Position numbers and translations under genes: made by a program. From a virus (taxonomy: Duplodnaviria; Caudoviricetes): DNA of 25,510 bases. Shown here in pieces: positions 17,367-25,496 of this stretch. The notes under the pieces are model-generated. The model saw only the letters and a program-made list of their open reading frames with translations. It had not been told where the DNA came from and made no database searches. The number at the start of each line of letters is the position of its first letter. Within the stretch, counting starts at the first letter, position 1. The stretch spans positions 1 through 25,510 of the IMG/VR virus record IMGVR_UViG_3300020043_002318, one strand, 5' to 3'.

Positions 17367-17707
17367 GATGTTTGCTCCGAGAGTACAGTTACCAAACCAC
17401 GCAATAGCTCTGTTGTAGTTCCAGAGATCGTAACCTCAAGGTCCCAATTGTAAACCTTGCCGATCGTTAAGCCAGCCGTCGTTGCTGACGTCAGCGAAAT
17501 CGAGAACGTGCCAGCAGCAGCGTTCACAGTCGTAATCGTCAGCGAAGCGGCAAGGGTTCCGTCGATCTCTCGTATCTGACCAGCAAAGCTGTAACCAGAG
17601 ATATTTGTCGTGGCTCCGTTGACCTTATACGTGATCGTCCTCGCAAAGGCAGCGCCCTTGCGAAGTTCTAAATCTACCCTTGCACCTGAACTGGATAACG
17701 TGACCAT
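17363..17707 (-). CDS. beta-sandwich fibre attachment protein (BppU N-terminal / T5 p132-like)
   Basis: DLELRKGAAF...NISGYSFAGQIR...GTFSISLTSATTAGL...YNWDLEV...LLRG.VTV. Confidence 0.65.
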   Translation of the reverse strand: MVTLSSSGARVDLELRKGAAFARTITYKVNGATTNISGYSFAGQIREIDGTLAASLTITTVNAAAGTFSISLTSATTAGLTIGKVYNWDLEVTISGTTTELLRGLVTVLSEQTS

Positions 17708-17717
17708 CTTGATTCCT

Positions 17718-17759
17718 GTGTGCTGACCTCAGAGGCCGAAGCCCCTGAAGTCAAGACAC
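17718..17759 (-). other. stable cUUCGg hairpin after capsid/cement genes
   Basis: TGACTTCAGGGGC-TTCG-GCCTCTGAGGTCA (13 bp incl. 2 GU) plus GTGT/ACAC extension; no U-tract. Confidence 0.75.
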
Positions 17760-18197
17760 TTAGTCCTTGATGATGTTTGCAGCAAGGCCGCGCTCTGTGG
17801 CGCTGTTGATTCCTTCACCGTTGTAAAGTACAGCGATGCAAGAACCGTAGGTTCCTGTAGAACCGTCGCCAGCCGTAGCAACTACGTCAATATAACGCTT
17901 GCGACCTGCGAGGTTTACGAAGAAACCGAAAACCTTGTTGTCGTCCGTTGCTGATGGCAGTGACGGAGCACCTGAAGCGCCATAGACGCAACCTGTAATG
18001 TCTCCGTAAGCTGAATCGTCATCAGCTTCCTGCAGCTTGAGGGCTGCCATTGCAATGTCAGTTGCACCGAGGCTGAAGTAAACTGCGAGCTTGCCGTAGC
18101 CAGCCGTGTCGATGCTGTTAGTTGTAAATGATGCGTTGTCTACGATAGCCGCCGGTGGCGTAACGTTGACAACCTTGACGTTTTGTAGTGCGTTCAT
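17760..18197 (-). CDS. capsid cement/decoration protein (Bbp16-like jelly roll)
   Basis: 145 aa directly after the capsid gene; IDTAGY, KLQEADD, KRYIDVV motifs. Confidence 0.7.
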   Translation of the reverse strand: MNALQNVKVVNVTPPAAIVDNASFTTNSIDTAGYGKLAVYFSLGATDIAMAALKLQEADDDSAYGDITGCVYGASGAPSLPSATDDNKVFGFFVNLAGRKRYIDVVATAGDGSTGTYGSCIAVLYNGEGINSATERGLAANIIKD

Positions 18198-18206
18198 GTT
18201 GTCACC

Positions 18207-19556
18207 TTATGAGTTAATAGTTACGAAACCAACGACAGGACCTGTCTCACGGCTTGCTGCCGTTGCATTGTAATTGCCCATCTCGTGCACCTTGATGTCG
18301 AGATATTGCGTTGCCTTGACATAGATTGTATCTGTGTCAAAGCCCTTGCTTGCATCCTGCTTGATGGCTGTCGTCATGCGATCGCCAAGCGTTGCAGCTT
18401 GTGACAGGTTACCGAACCATGCAAACACTTGAGAGTTTGCATCTGTTCCAGGCATTACATCGACGAACTCAACAGGATAGCCGAACAGACGCTGGCCGAA
18501 TGAACCTGCGAGTTCTGCTGCTGTTGATCCACCCTGTGCATATGCCAGGCGCTCTGCTGTCTCACCGAATGCTACCTTGTTGAAGTACCACTTTGCACCT
18601 GTGAGAGCGTATGTTGGAACCTTGCGCATACCTGCGATGAGGTTGCCCATTGTTACTTCTGCGAACGTGTTGCCAGCACATACCTGAGCAGAACCGAGGT
18701 AACCCTTGTGTGTGTCGTTCGTCCAAGTTCCACCACCGTCTGTGAGGACCTTCTGGAGCTTGCCATAGAGGCCAAGAACACCACCGTATGTAGATGTTGC
18801 GTCGCCAAGGAATCCAGCTTGGTCTTCCTTCTTTGCGAACTGGCGAGCTACCGATTCAGCAAAGCGAAGGCCGAGGTTCTGTGTGCTGTTCATCACGAGT
18901 TCTTCAGAGAGAACTGCGAGGGCATACATCTTCTTAGCGTTCAGTGTTACAGCGTCGAATGACATGTCAGATGATGACAGTGTTCCTGTCTCAGAACCCC
19001 AGTAAGCCGTTACGTCATCACCTGTGCGGAAGATGCGGATCGACTCCGAGCCCATAGGCTCTACACGGACGTTGCGACGGAATGAACCGTATGTGTCCTT
19101 GAGGTTGATGATAAGGCTCGATGTCTCCGTTGGTACGAAGATGCCGCCTGTGGCGTCGTTGCCTTGTGTGTGTGTCTTGTAATCTATGCCAGTGACTTCA
19201 GCGTACTTCTGACGAGCAGCTTCGTTCTGGAGACCACCAACAAAGAGGCCTGTCACGTAAGCCTTATATTCAGCTTCCGGCATGTTTGCCTTTGCTGATG
19301 ACTCACCGACCTTGACGTCTGATGTTTGTGGGAGCTTGTTGACTGCTGTCTTAACTTCAGCAGCACGCTGTGCGTTCTTGGCCTTGATAGCGTCGAACGA
19401 CTTGATCTCTTCGGCTTGTGCCGTCAGGCCGTCGATCTCTTCGTTGAGAGTCTTGGCAGCCTTCACTTCATCCATCGAAGGCTCTGTCTTTGCGAGCAGT
19501 GTTTCAAGCTCGGCAGACTTCGCAACGATGGTGTCGTTGATCTGTTGCAAGTTCAT
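18207..19556 (-). CDS. major capsid protein, HK97 family
   Basis: 449 aa; N-terminal coiled-coil delta domain; GGIFVP, AYWGSE, VTLNAKK, SEEL, EDQAGFLG, RLFGYPV. Confidence 0.95.
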   Translation of the reverse strand: MNLQQINDTIVAKSAELETLLAKTEPSMDEVKAAKTLNEEIDGLTAQAEEIKSFDAIKAKNAQRAAEVKTAVNKLPQTSDVKVGESSAKANMPEAEYKAYVTGLFVGGLQNEAARQKYAEVTGIDYKTHTQGNDATGGIFVPTETSSLIINLKDTYGSFRRNVRVEPMGSESIRIFRTGDDVTAYWGSETGTLSSSDMSFDAVTLNAKKMYALAVLSEELVMNSTQNLGLRFAESVARQFAKKEDQAGFLGDATSTYGGVLGLYGKLQKVLTDGGGTWTNDTHKGYLGSAQVCAGNTFAEVTMGNLIAGMRKVPTYALTGAKWYFNKVAFGETAERLAYAQGGSTAAELAGSFGQRLFGYPVEFVDVMPGTDANSQVFAWFGNLSQAATLGDRMTTAIKQDASKGFDTDTIYVKATQYLDIKVHEMGNYNATAASRETGPVVGFVTINS

Positions 19557-20302
19557 TGTTTGTTCCTTTTGTTTACAATTTGACGCAGGGCTTCCATTTC
19601 CATAGCTGCCTTTGCGTTCACTGGTTGTGCGGACTCGATGAGACCCTTGATGCTTTGCACCGCAGAGGCCAGCGTGTCCATGAGTTCGGTAAGGCGTGTT
19701 ACGTTTGCCGACGATAACGTTCGCCCTTCCTTAAGTCTGATCTCAGCACGTTCGTTCAACCTCGTGACAACACGCTCGACGTCGGCTCCGACGTCAGCAA
19801 GGTCGTCGTTGAGTCCCTTGGCACTGATTAATGCAGTTTCTGAGTTAGCTCCGAAGAGCACAGGAGACCACTCATAAAGTCGCCCCTTGACAAGTTCACG
19901 GGCTCCGTCTGGAGAGTACCCCTCCTCTGTCACGGAGTAGCCTATTGAGAACTCGTCGATGATACCTTCCTTGATGTCGCTGTATGTCTCACGGCCGCGT
20001 TGCGTGTTCATATTGAACTGGCCCTTGATATACAGGCCACCGAGGTCCTTGAGCTTTTCCGGCAGCAGGGCATCACCTGGCATAAGCTCCCGAGCCTCGA
20101 GAGTTTTGGCCACTGGTGTTTTCCAGTCGTGTGCCCATACGCCTTTGGGTAGCTTCGTGCTTAGGGACTCGTCGAAGAATCCAAACTTCACACGGTCACC
20201 ATAGCTATCGACGTTGTTGAATACTGATACAATGGCCTCGATTACACCGTTGTCGCCTTCGGCCTTGGTTTCAATATCAAATGATTTGCGTTCTATCTTC
20301 AT
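19553..20302 (-). CDS. prohead maturation protease, HK97 family
   Basis: SVFNNVDSYGD, WAHD (His), FSIGY (Ser), LYEWSPVLFGAN; C-terminal KEGRTLS.AN extension. Confidence 0.95.
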   Translation of the reverse strand: MKIERKSFDIETKAEGDNGVIEAIVSVFNNVDSYGDRVKFGFFDESLSTKLPKGVWAHDWKTPVAKTLEARELMPGDALLPEKLKDLGGLYIKGQFNMNTQRGRETYSDIKEGIIDEFSIGYSVTEEGYSPDGARELVKGRLYEWSPVLFGANSETALISAKGLNDDLADVGADVERVVTRLNERAEIRLKEGRTLSSANVTRLTELMDTLASAVQSIKGLIESAQPVNAKAAMEMEALRQIVNKRNKQ

Positions 20303-20324
20303 TGTTTACGTTCCCCGTAATGAT

Positions 20325-20361
20325 GCGAACTTGCATAGTGTTCGCGTGTAATTATCCACAA
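20325..20361 (-). promoter_or_regulatory. candidate late promoter with perfect DnaA box upstream of protease/capsid
   Basis: Intergenic; TTGTGGATAA (box 20360-20352)-N18-CAAGTTCGC; a GCGAAC/GTTCGC inverted repeat overlaps it. Confidence 0.7.
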
Positions 20362-20409
20362 TTTGCATGGCTGACCCTGAACATTCTCGCGCTTTCACCT
20401 TGAAACTTC

Positions 20410-22662
20410 TCACACGGCCCTACGAGCTCGTGCGAAACATCGGCAGTTGACGGAATTCTTGGCTGACAGCCCAGGCCCTGCAGGGTAAGGAGTCATCTCA
20501 CCACCCACATTGAACATGCCGTTCTCATCTTCGGCCGTGTCGTGTGCTGCAGCGTGTGCTGGTCGTGCCCCTGCCAAGGCTGCCCATGTTCTTGTGATAC
20601 CACCGATTTCAGCCCACACCGATTTCTGCACCGTGCCGGTCGTCGCTGTTGCTGTCGTGCGACCGATGGCGTTGGCTCTGGACTTGGTGATGTTTGAGAT
20701 CTGGTCGTATATCAGCTTGCTGAGTTCGTCAGCCGATGCCGTCGGATTCGCAAAGATGACCTTCTGCACGTCTGCCTTGAGCGTTGGCACGGTCTCGACT
20801 ATCTTATTGCTTGACTCGAGCTGTCCAGCCTCACGGGCTTTTGCGAACTCACCAGGCTCTGCATCGACTTCCTCTTGACTTAATCGGATGACAAGGTCGA
20901 TCAATTCGTTGCGGTCTTCCTCTGTACCCTGCAGAAACTTCTCAGTCCAGACATCCACGTTGAAATCCTCGGCTTTGGTTTCTATTGCGCCAAGGCTCTT
21001 GGTGTCTCGTAGATACGTCGCCAGTTCCATGGCCACCTTCGACCACGACTTCGCAATGCGATCATCGTAAGGCTTCAGTGCCTCGTCGTACTGCTTACTA
21101 TAAACATGTGAATCTGGATGCTGCAGCCATGTCTTGACGTCGCTCTTAAACAGCGCCTTCTGCTCGTCTTCAGCGTTCATCTGCTCGACTAGCTTTGCAC
21201 TCCAGCGCTGACCAGCATCACCACCCCACAGAGCCCAGGCGATGCGACCGGCAGACGGGAAGCCATCCTGTCCTGGTGACCAGCCCTCGCCTTGTTTGTC
21301 CACCTCGTGCCGTGCAAAGTAACTGTTCATGCGACGGGCTGTATCTGGCGAGATCGCACGGCCATTGCTCAGGTCACGGGCTCTGGCAACACCTACGGCA
21401 GTGCCTCCTCTGTTATACTCACGACGCCACTCAAGGCCCTTGGCAGCTTCGTCACGAACGCCCTTCGGTGGTAGAAAGTCGATGCCTTCATATTGCTTGG
21501 TTTCTACGGAAGGTATACGAAAGCCACGCGCCTCAACAGGCACAGCGCCTCCGTCGCTGGAGTTGTCACCGTTCACATCTGCATCCTGAGTTGACACGGC
21601 CTCGGTCGCAATAGCATCGCCAGCAAGTGCCTGAACTGTAGATAGGTCGAAACCGATCTCGACACCATACTCAGGGATGGCGAGCTGTGAATTGATCTGG
21701 TCGGCAAGCATATTCCAGAACGGAACACGTACCATATTCGTGAAGTCCTTGGACGCCTGCTCAAAGTTACTGTATGTAGATTGAGACAGACCCATATGAG
21801 TCCCTGCAATAATCGGGTGCACCTTGTAAGCACCACAGATACGGGTCTCGTATTGACCGAACGTATCAGACAGCCCGAGCTCGTTCCAGTCAAGGGCCAG
21901 GCGCTTGACGTCCTTCACGCCCCACATGATACCAACGGAACCTCGACGGTCTCCACCATATTTGCGCTTGAACGAACGCTCGGCAAGGCTTACCTGTTCC
22001 GGTGTCAGTTCTTCATCGTAGACCACGATGGTCTTCGGCATGGCGTCGTTCTTGTGAATGTTGAACACCGTGGCACTGGCCTCGTTGTAGCCCTCAATAG
22101 ACTGCGCAGCAAGCTCGACAGGTGAGCCGCCACCAAGTGGCTTCTCTGGGTCATACCAGAAGCCCACGATGTGCACAACGTCTTCCTTCGGTACGGAGTA
22201 GGTTACAGCACCGTTGTAGTAATGATAATAATCAACATCACCCCATCCGTCATTTACAGGCGCGAAATACTTATCTGAATACCACCTAATACCTATCACA
22301 GCACCCGAGGCATTGCGCAGCTTGTAACCGTAGGCATTGCCACCGATGCAGAGGATGGTCATGATCTCTGCCATCGTCACTCGCCACTGGTTACGTGTGA
22401 GCATGGTGACTATAGGGTCGTCATAGCTGTAACCTGATGGAGTGACCACACCGAGTTGTGCCTCGGGCATCATCAGTGAGTAGGTGATAGTGCAGGCCTG
22501 TGCCACAGGGTTAGCCTTCCACATCTTGTAAGCTCCAGACCAGTTTACTATCGGTGTGAAGCTGTGCTTTGTCCATACCTCCTCGAGCGGCATAGGCAGG
22601 TCGTTCTGTGCGACTTGGCCGTCTGGAGAAATGAATGCCTTGATTTGTTGTATAAGTCCCAT
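20410..22662 (-). CDS. portal protein (HK97 family) fused to an uncharacterised domain and a Mu gpF/SPP1 gp7-like head morphogenesis domain
   Basis: GNAY, EDVVHI, G.SPV, ICGAYKVHP, TYSNFEQ portal motifs (aa 1 to about 350); middle RGGTAVG..RARDL...IAWALWGGDAG domain; C-terminal RA..I.RT, W...RPAH, FNVGGE..YP, VNCRC. Confidence 0.9.
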   Translation of the reverse strand: MGLIQQIKAFISPDGQVAQNDLPMPLEEVWTKHSFTPIVNWSGAYKMWKANPVAQACTITYSLMMPEAQLGVVTPSGYSYDDPIVTMLTRNQWRVTMAEIMTILCIGGNAYGYKLRNASGAVIGIRWYSDKYFAPVNDGWGDVDYYHYYNGAVTYSVPKEDVVHIVGFWYDPEKPLGGGSPVELAAQSIEGYNEASATVFNIHKNDAMPKTIVVYDEELTPEQVSLAERSFKRKYGGDRRGSVGIMWGVKDVKRLALDWNELGLSDTFGQYETRICGAYKVHPIIAGTHMGLSQSTYSNFEQASKDFTNMVRVPFWNMLADQINSQLAIPEYGVEIGFDLSTVQALAGDAIATEAVSTQDADVNGDNSSDGGAVPVEARGFRIPSVETKQYEGIDFLPPKGVRDEAAKGLEWRREYNRGGTAVGVARARDLSNGRAISPDTARRMNSYFARHEVDKQGEGWSPGQDGFPSAGRIAWALWGGDAGQRWSAKLVEQMNAEDEQKALFKSDVKTWLQHPDSHVYSKQYDEALKPYDDRIAKSWSKVAMELATYLRDTKSLGAIETKAEDFNVDVWTEKFLQGTEEDRNELIDLVIRLSQEEVDAEPGEFAKAREAGQLESSNKIVETVPTLKADVQKVIFANPTASADELSKLIYDQISNITKSRANAIGRTTATATTGTVQKSVWAEIGGITRTWAALAGARPAHAAAHDTAEDENGMFNVGGEMTPYPAGPGLSAKNSVNCRCFARARRAV

Positions 22663-22677
22663 GATCTTAATAGTTAG

Positions 22678-23850
22678 TTACAGGAATACGACGCCAGCAC
22701 CTTGTGACTTGACTGCTGCCATCTCTGCATATACGAGGGCATCTACCATGTCGTCATGGTTGCCCTCTGGAAAACTTAAAAGCTCCTGCTCAAACGCAGG
22801 GTCTAATCCTCTCACATGTGTAACCAGTAGCTGCTCATACCTTGCCAGCAGCCCGTGAAATCGTGTTACCTTATCACGGTCGGGCTTGACACCCTTGACA
22901 GGTAAGGACGTCTTACGGAGCAGCTCCTGCACGACAGCCACCTGATACTGCACGGCCTCGATGTTGATACGTGACGGGTTCCATTTGGTAGCCAGTGCAT
23001 TGACCGCTCCCACGACTTCATGAAATCCTATCTTACCTCGCCAGATGTCAAGCACGTATCTACGGCCTGACTCCTTATCGTAGCCCACAACAGCAATAGC
23101 AGTATAGTCTGCGCTATCTGATTTCGAGATGGCAAGGTCGACACCCATACCAATCTTCAGGTCGCGAGGCACTTGGTCACTGTTGACATACGTGATCATC
23201 TCACGTTTCACCAAAGCGCCCTGCACATCAACGAACTCGGCAAGGTACTCCTGATTGAACACCACCGTCGGCAGTTCCTTCTGTGCAGCCTCGATCTCGT
23301 CGAGTGATATATACGGATTCACCGAGGTCGGCATCCTAAAGCTGGCATACGTCTCATCTGTCCTGGCACGCTCGAACATCGTGTGGAAGTCGTTGCGTCC
23401 CTTGGGTGTCGAGAAGAAATAGCCGTCACCCTTGTAATCCGTCAGAGTCGGACGTATGGCCTCGTTCCAGGCGTCCATGAACGACCGCACCATAGCGACC
23501 TCATCACACACCGCTCTGGCATACTTACGGCCTCGCACGCTGTCGTAAGCATCCAATGACCAGAAGTCAATCACGCCTCCCGTGGTTAGCATCAGGCGCT
23601 TCTCCTGTTCACTTACCGATGTGGTAATCGGATGCAGGGCCGTCTTTACAGCTTTCCAAACATCAGACAGCATCTTGTATGTCGGTGCAAAGTAAGCACA
23701 CGGCAGGCCCTCGATAGCCTTCTCGATAAGCAGGGCCTCAGCCATTACCGTCTTGCCAAACCTACGACCACAGGCCACAGTGTTAAACCGTCGTCGGTTC
23801 TTAAATATCAGGGCTTGACCAGGGTGGAACTGTGCGTCGATCGTTATCAC
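22678..23850 (-). CDS. terL: terminase large subunit
   Basis: Q-motif HPGQ, Walker A CGRRFGKT, Walker B AVCDE, STPKG, QEYLAEF, nuclease GVDLA...DYTA...HDDMVDA. Confidence 0.95.
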   Translation of the reverse strand: MITIDAQFHPGQALIFKNRRRFNTVACGRRFGKTVMAEALLIEKAIEGLPCAYFAPTYKMLSDVWKAVKTALHPITTSVSEQEKRLMLTTGGVIDFWSLDAYDSVRGRKYARAVCDEVAMVRSFMDAWNEAIRPTLTDYKGDGYFFSTPKGRNDFHTMFERARTDETYASFRMPTSVNPYISLDEIEAAQKELPTVVFNQEYLAEFVDVQGALVKREMITYVNSDQVPRDLKIGMGVDLAISKSDSADYTAIAVVGYDKESGRRYVLDIWRGKIGFHEVVGAVNALATKWNPSRINIEAVQYQVAVVQELLRKTSLPVKGVKPDRDKVTRFHGLLARYEQLLVTHVRGLDPAFEQELLSFPEGNHDDMVDALVYAEMAAVKSQGAGVVFL

Positions 23851-24227
23851 TGCGCTGGCCCTATTGCTATGACCTCAGCATCCTCGATGGCCTTGGGCTC
23901 CTCTGTCGCTGGTGTCAGCAGAATCCTGATGTCTGTCTTGCCGGTAACCTCGGTGGCTGCCTTATCGGTCTGTGCTAGGTGTTGCTTGCCTAACCAGATG
24001 AGCATGGTGTTATCACCACTCAAGGCCTTCTCGATCTGTGTGCTCGCAAGCTGGAACCTGACGTCGTTACGTTCGTTCTCGATCATAAGGCCATAGTCTG
24101 TCTTGAGTTCAGAGACAGGCACGTCACGACCTAACAACACCGAGCACCACCTCGACAGAGCCGTCCACCCGAGCATAGCACGGGCGCGTCTCTTGAGTTC
24201 GGCCTCTTGTGATGGCGTCAAATTCAT
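23847..24227 (-). CDS. terS: putative terminase small subunit
   Basis: Directly upstream of terL (GTGA overlap); A.SGDNTMLIWLGKQ.L.Q.DK motif; start taken at ATG 24227. Confidence 0.7.
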   Translation of the reverse strand: MNLTPSQEAELKRRARAMLGWTALSRWCSVLLGRDVPVSELKTDYGLMIENERNDVRFQLASTQIEKALSGDNTMLIWLGKQHLAQTDKAATEVTGKTDIRILLTPATEEPKAIEDAEVIAIGPAQ

Positions 24228-24229
24228 GC

Positions 24230-24266
24230 GGTAAAATATCGCAATGGCTCTGGTATTTATCCACAA
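24230..24266 (-). promoter_or_regulatory. candidate late promoter with perfect DnaA box upstream of terS
   Basis: Intergenic; TTGTGGATAA (box 24265-24257)-N18-TATTTTACC-GC-ATG. Confidence 0.7.
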
Positions 24267-24268
24267 CC

Positions 24269-24568
24269 TCACAGCCCATGCACTAGCTGTGCATAGTTGA
24301 CGCCTCGTATCTGTGCTACAACGCTGCGGATGTCTGCATACAGCAGAATACCGTCCTCAATTGCACGGATGCCATGCAAGACAGTGGTGTGGTGTTTCTT
24401 GCTGTGCTGTGCTATGGTAGTCAGCGACCAGCCGTAATGCTTACTCAGCACATACCAGGTAATCGAGCGTGCTCTGACGGCTCCAGCTTTCCTGTTGTTG
24501 GCATACACTTCCTCGGGCGTAACACCGAGCAGGTGGCAGACGTCGGCAAGGATCATATCGTATATCAT
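24269..24568 (-). CDS. stand-alone DnaA domain IV (Bac_DnaA_C)-like HTH protein
   Basis: 99 aa from ATG 24568 (TAATG overlap); I...V.....V....V....R....V.AR.I..Y......SL..IA......HTTVLH....IE matches DnaA C-terminal domain consensus; no AAA+ domain. Confidence 0.85.
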   Translation of the reverse strand: MIYDMILADVCHLLGVTPEEVYANNRKAGAVRARSITWYVLSKHYGWSLTTIAQHSKKHHTTVLHGIRAIEDGILLYADIRSVVAQIRGVNYAQLVHGL

Positions 24569-25008
24569 TAGTTCCCCCTTACAAATTCGACAGCTTCTGT
24601 TACTGACCTGACTACAGCGTATGGCACACCATAGCGCAGACAGCACTCACTGAACTTGTGCTGGCTTGGTGATGTCTTGCCGGTCGCTGTTTTGACCTCC
24701 AACATCCATGCACGGCCGTCCCTGTATACAGCAAGGTCAGCATGTCCGCTGGTGGCGTTGATGTTCACCACACGGTATGCAGAGAGCCTTGTGCCGTGCT
24801 CCATCGTCTGCACACTGCTGTTCACCCTGATGACCATATAACCGAGCAGCTCAAGCTGTGTGGCGATGGCCTTCTGTACTTCTCTCTCTGGTATCTTGCC
24901 AGCTTTGCGCTTGGCTATCCTGGCTGCCTTGTCTGCTCTGATCTTGTCCAGCATCTCGTGTTCCTTGGCATCCCAGTCGAGATCATCGAGGTCCCTGTCG
25001 TCTATCAT
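24568..25008 (-). CDS. VRR-NUC domain nuclease (probable junction resolvase)
   Basis: E..VQ..I...L, SGHADL, LEVK...GK.SP.Q..F PD-(D/E)xK motifs; start at ATG 25008 (ATGA overlap). Confidence 0.9.
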   Translation of the reverse strand: MIDDRDLDDLDWDAKEHEMLDKIRADKAARIAKRKAGKIPEREVQKAIATQLELLGYMVIRVNSSVQTMEHGTRLSAYRVVNINATSGHADLAVYRDGRAWMLEVKTATGKTSPSQHKFSECCLRYGVPYAVVRSVTEAVEFVRGN

Positions 25009-25496
25009 GTCAGTCCTGTGTGATTGAAACAATGCCACTGTCCGTCATGCCCCTCAAACCATGTGTAATCCTGGACGTTGTGCTCATACATCAGGGACAG
25101 CATTGTGCGTCCTGGTCTGACCCTCTGGCGTTCCACCATAGCCGACTCCAGCACCTCGATGTCAGGGATGGCTCTGGCCTCATGGGTGTCGAACTGGTTT
25201 AGATCAAGGCCGTTGTCGGTATTTATACCGTCCCAGGCGTCACCAGGTGGGTGTCTGTGGCGTTTATAGAACCTATAATCTGCACGTATTAGCTCACCCA
25301 GGTTGCAGGTATTGGTGGCTTCAATGGCCAGATCGAGGTTGTCGATTGCTAGGGGCTGGCAACCAGTAGCAACCTCTAAAAATCTTTGTAAGTCGTATGT
25401 GTTCCACAGACTTACAAGATATTCAGCAAGTCCATGGTTGCTAGGGTTGCATGGTAAAACTTGAGTTTCATCTTTACCATTTACATTTATTTCCAC
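25005..25496 (-). CDS. hypothetical protein, possibly 5'-truncated
   Basis: 163 aa from GTG; frame stays open to the window edge; 3' end coupled to VRR-NUC; 5' part overlaps the dyad element, so the true start is uncertain. Confidence 0.55.
   Translation of the reverse strand: MEINVNGKDETQVLPCNPSNHGLAEYLVSLWNTYDLQRFLEVATGCQPLAIDNLDLAIEATNTCNLGELIRADYRFYKRHRHPPGDAWDGINTDNGLDLNQFDTHEARAIPDIEVLESAMVERQRVRPGRTMLSLMYEHNVQDYTWFEGHDGQWHCFNHTGLT
25359..25450. repeat. nested inverted repeat, candidate replication origin element
   Basis: GCAACC-AG-TAGCAACC ... TTGTAAGTC-N14-GACTTACAA ... GGTTGCTA-G-GGTTGC; AT-alternating tract at 25502-25510. Confidence 0.55.

Noticed and set aside
19165-19175. (TG)n microsatellite in the capsid gene
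   Set aside because: Short; encodes Thr-His-Thr-Gln in frame; no sign of phase variation.
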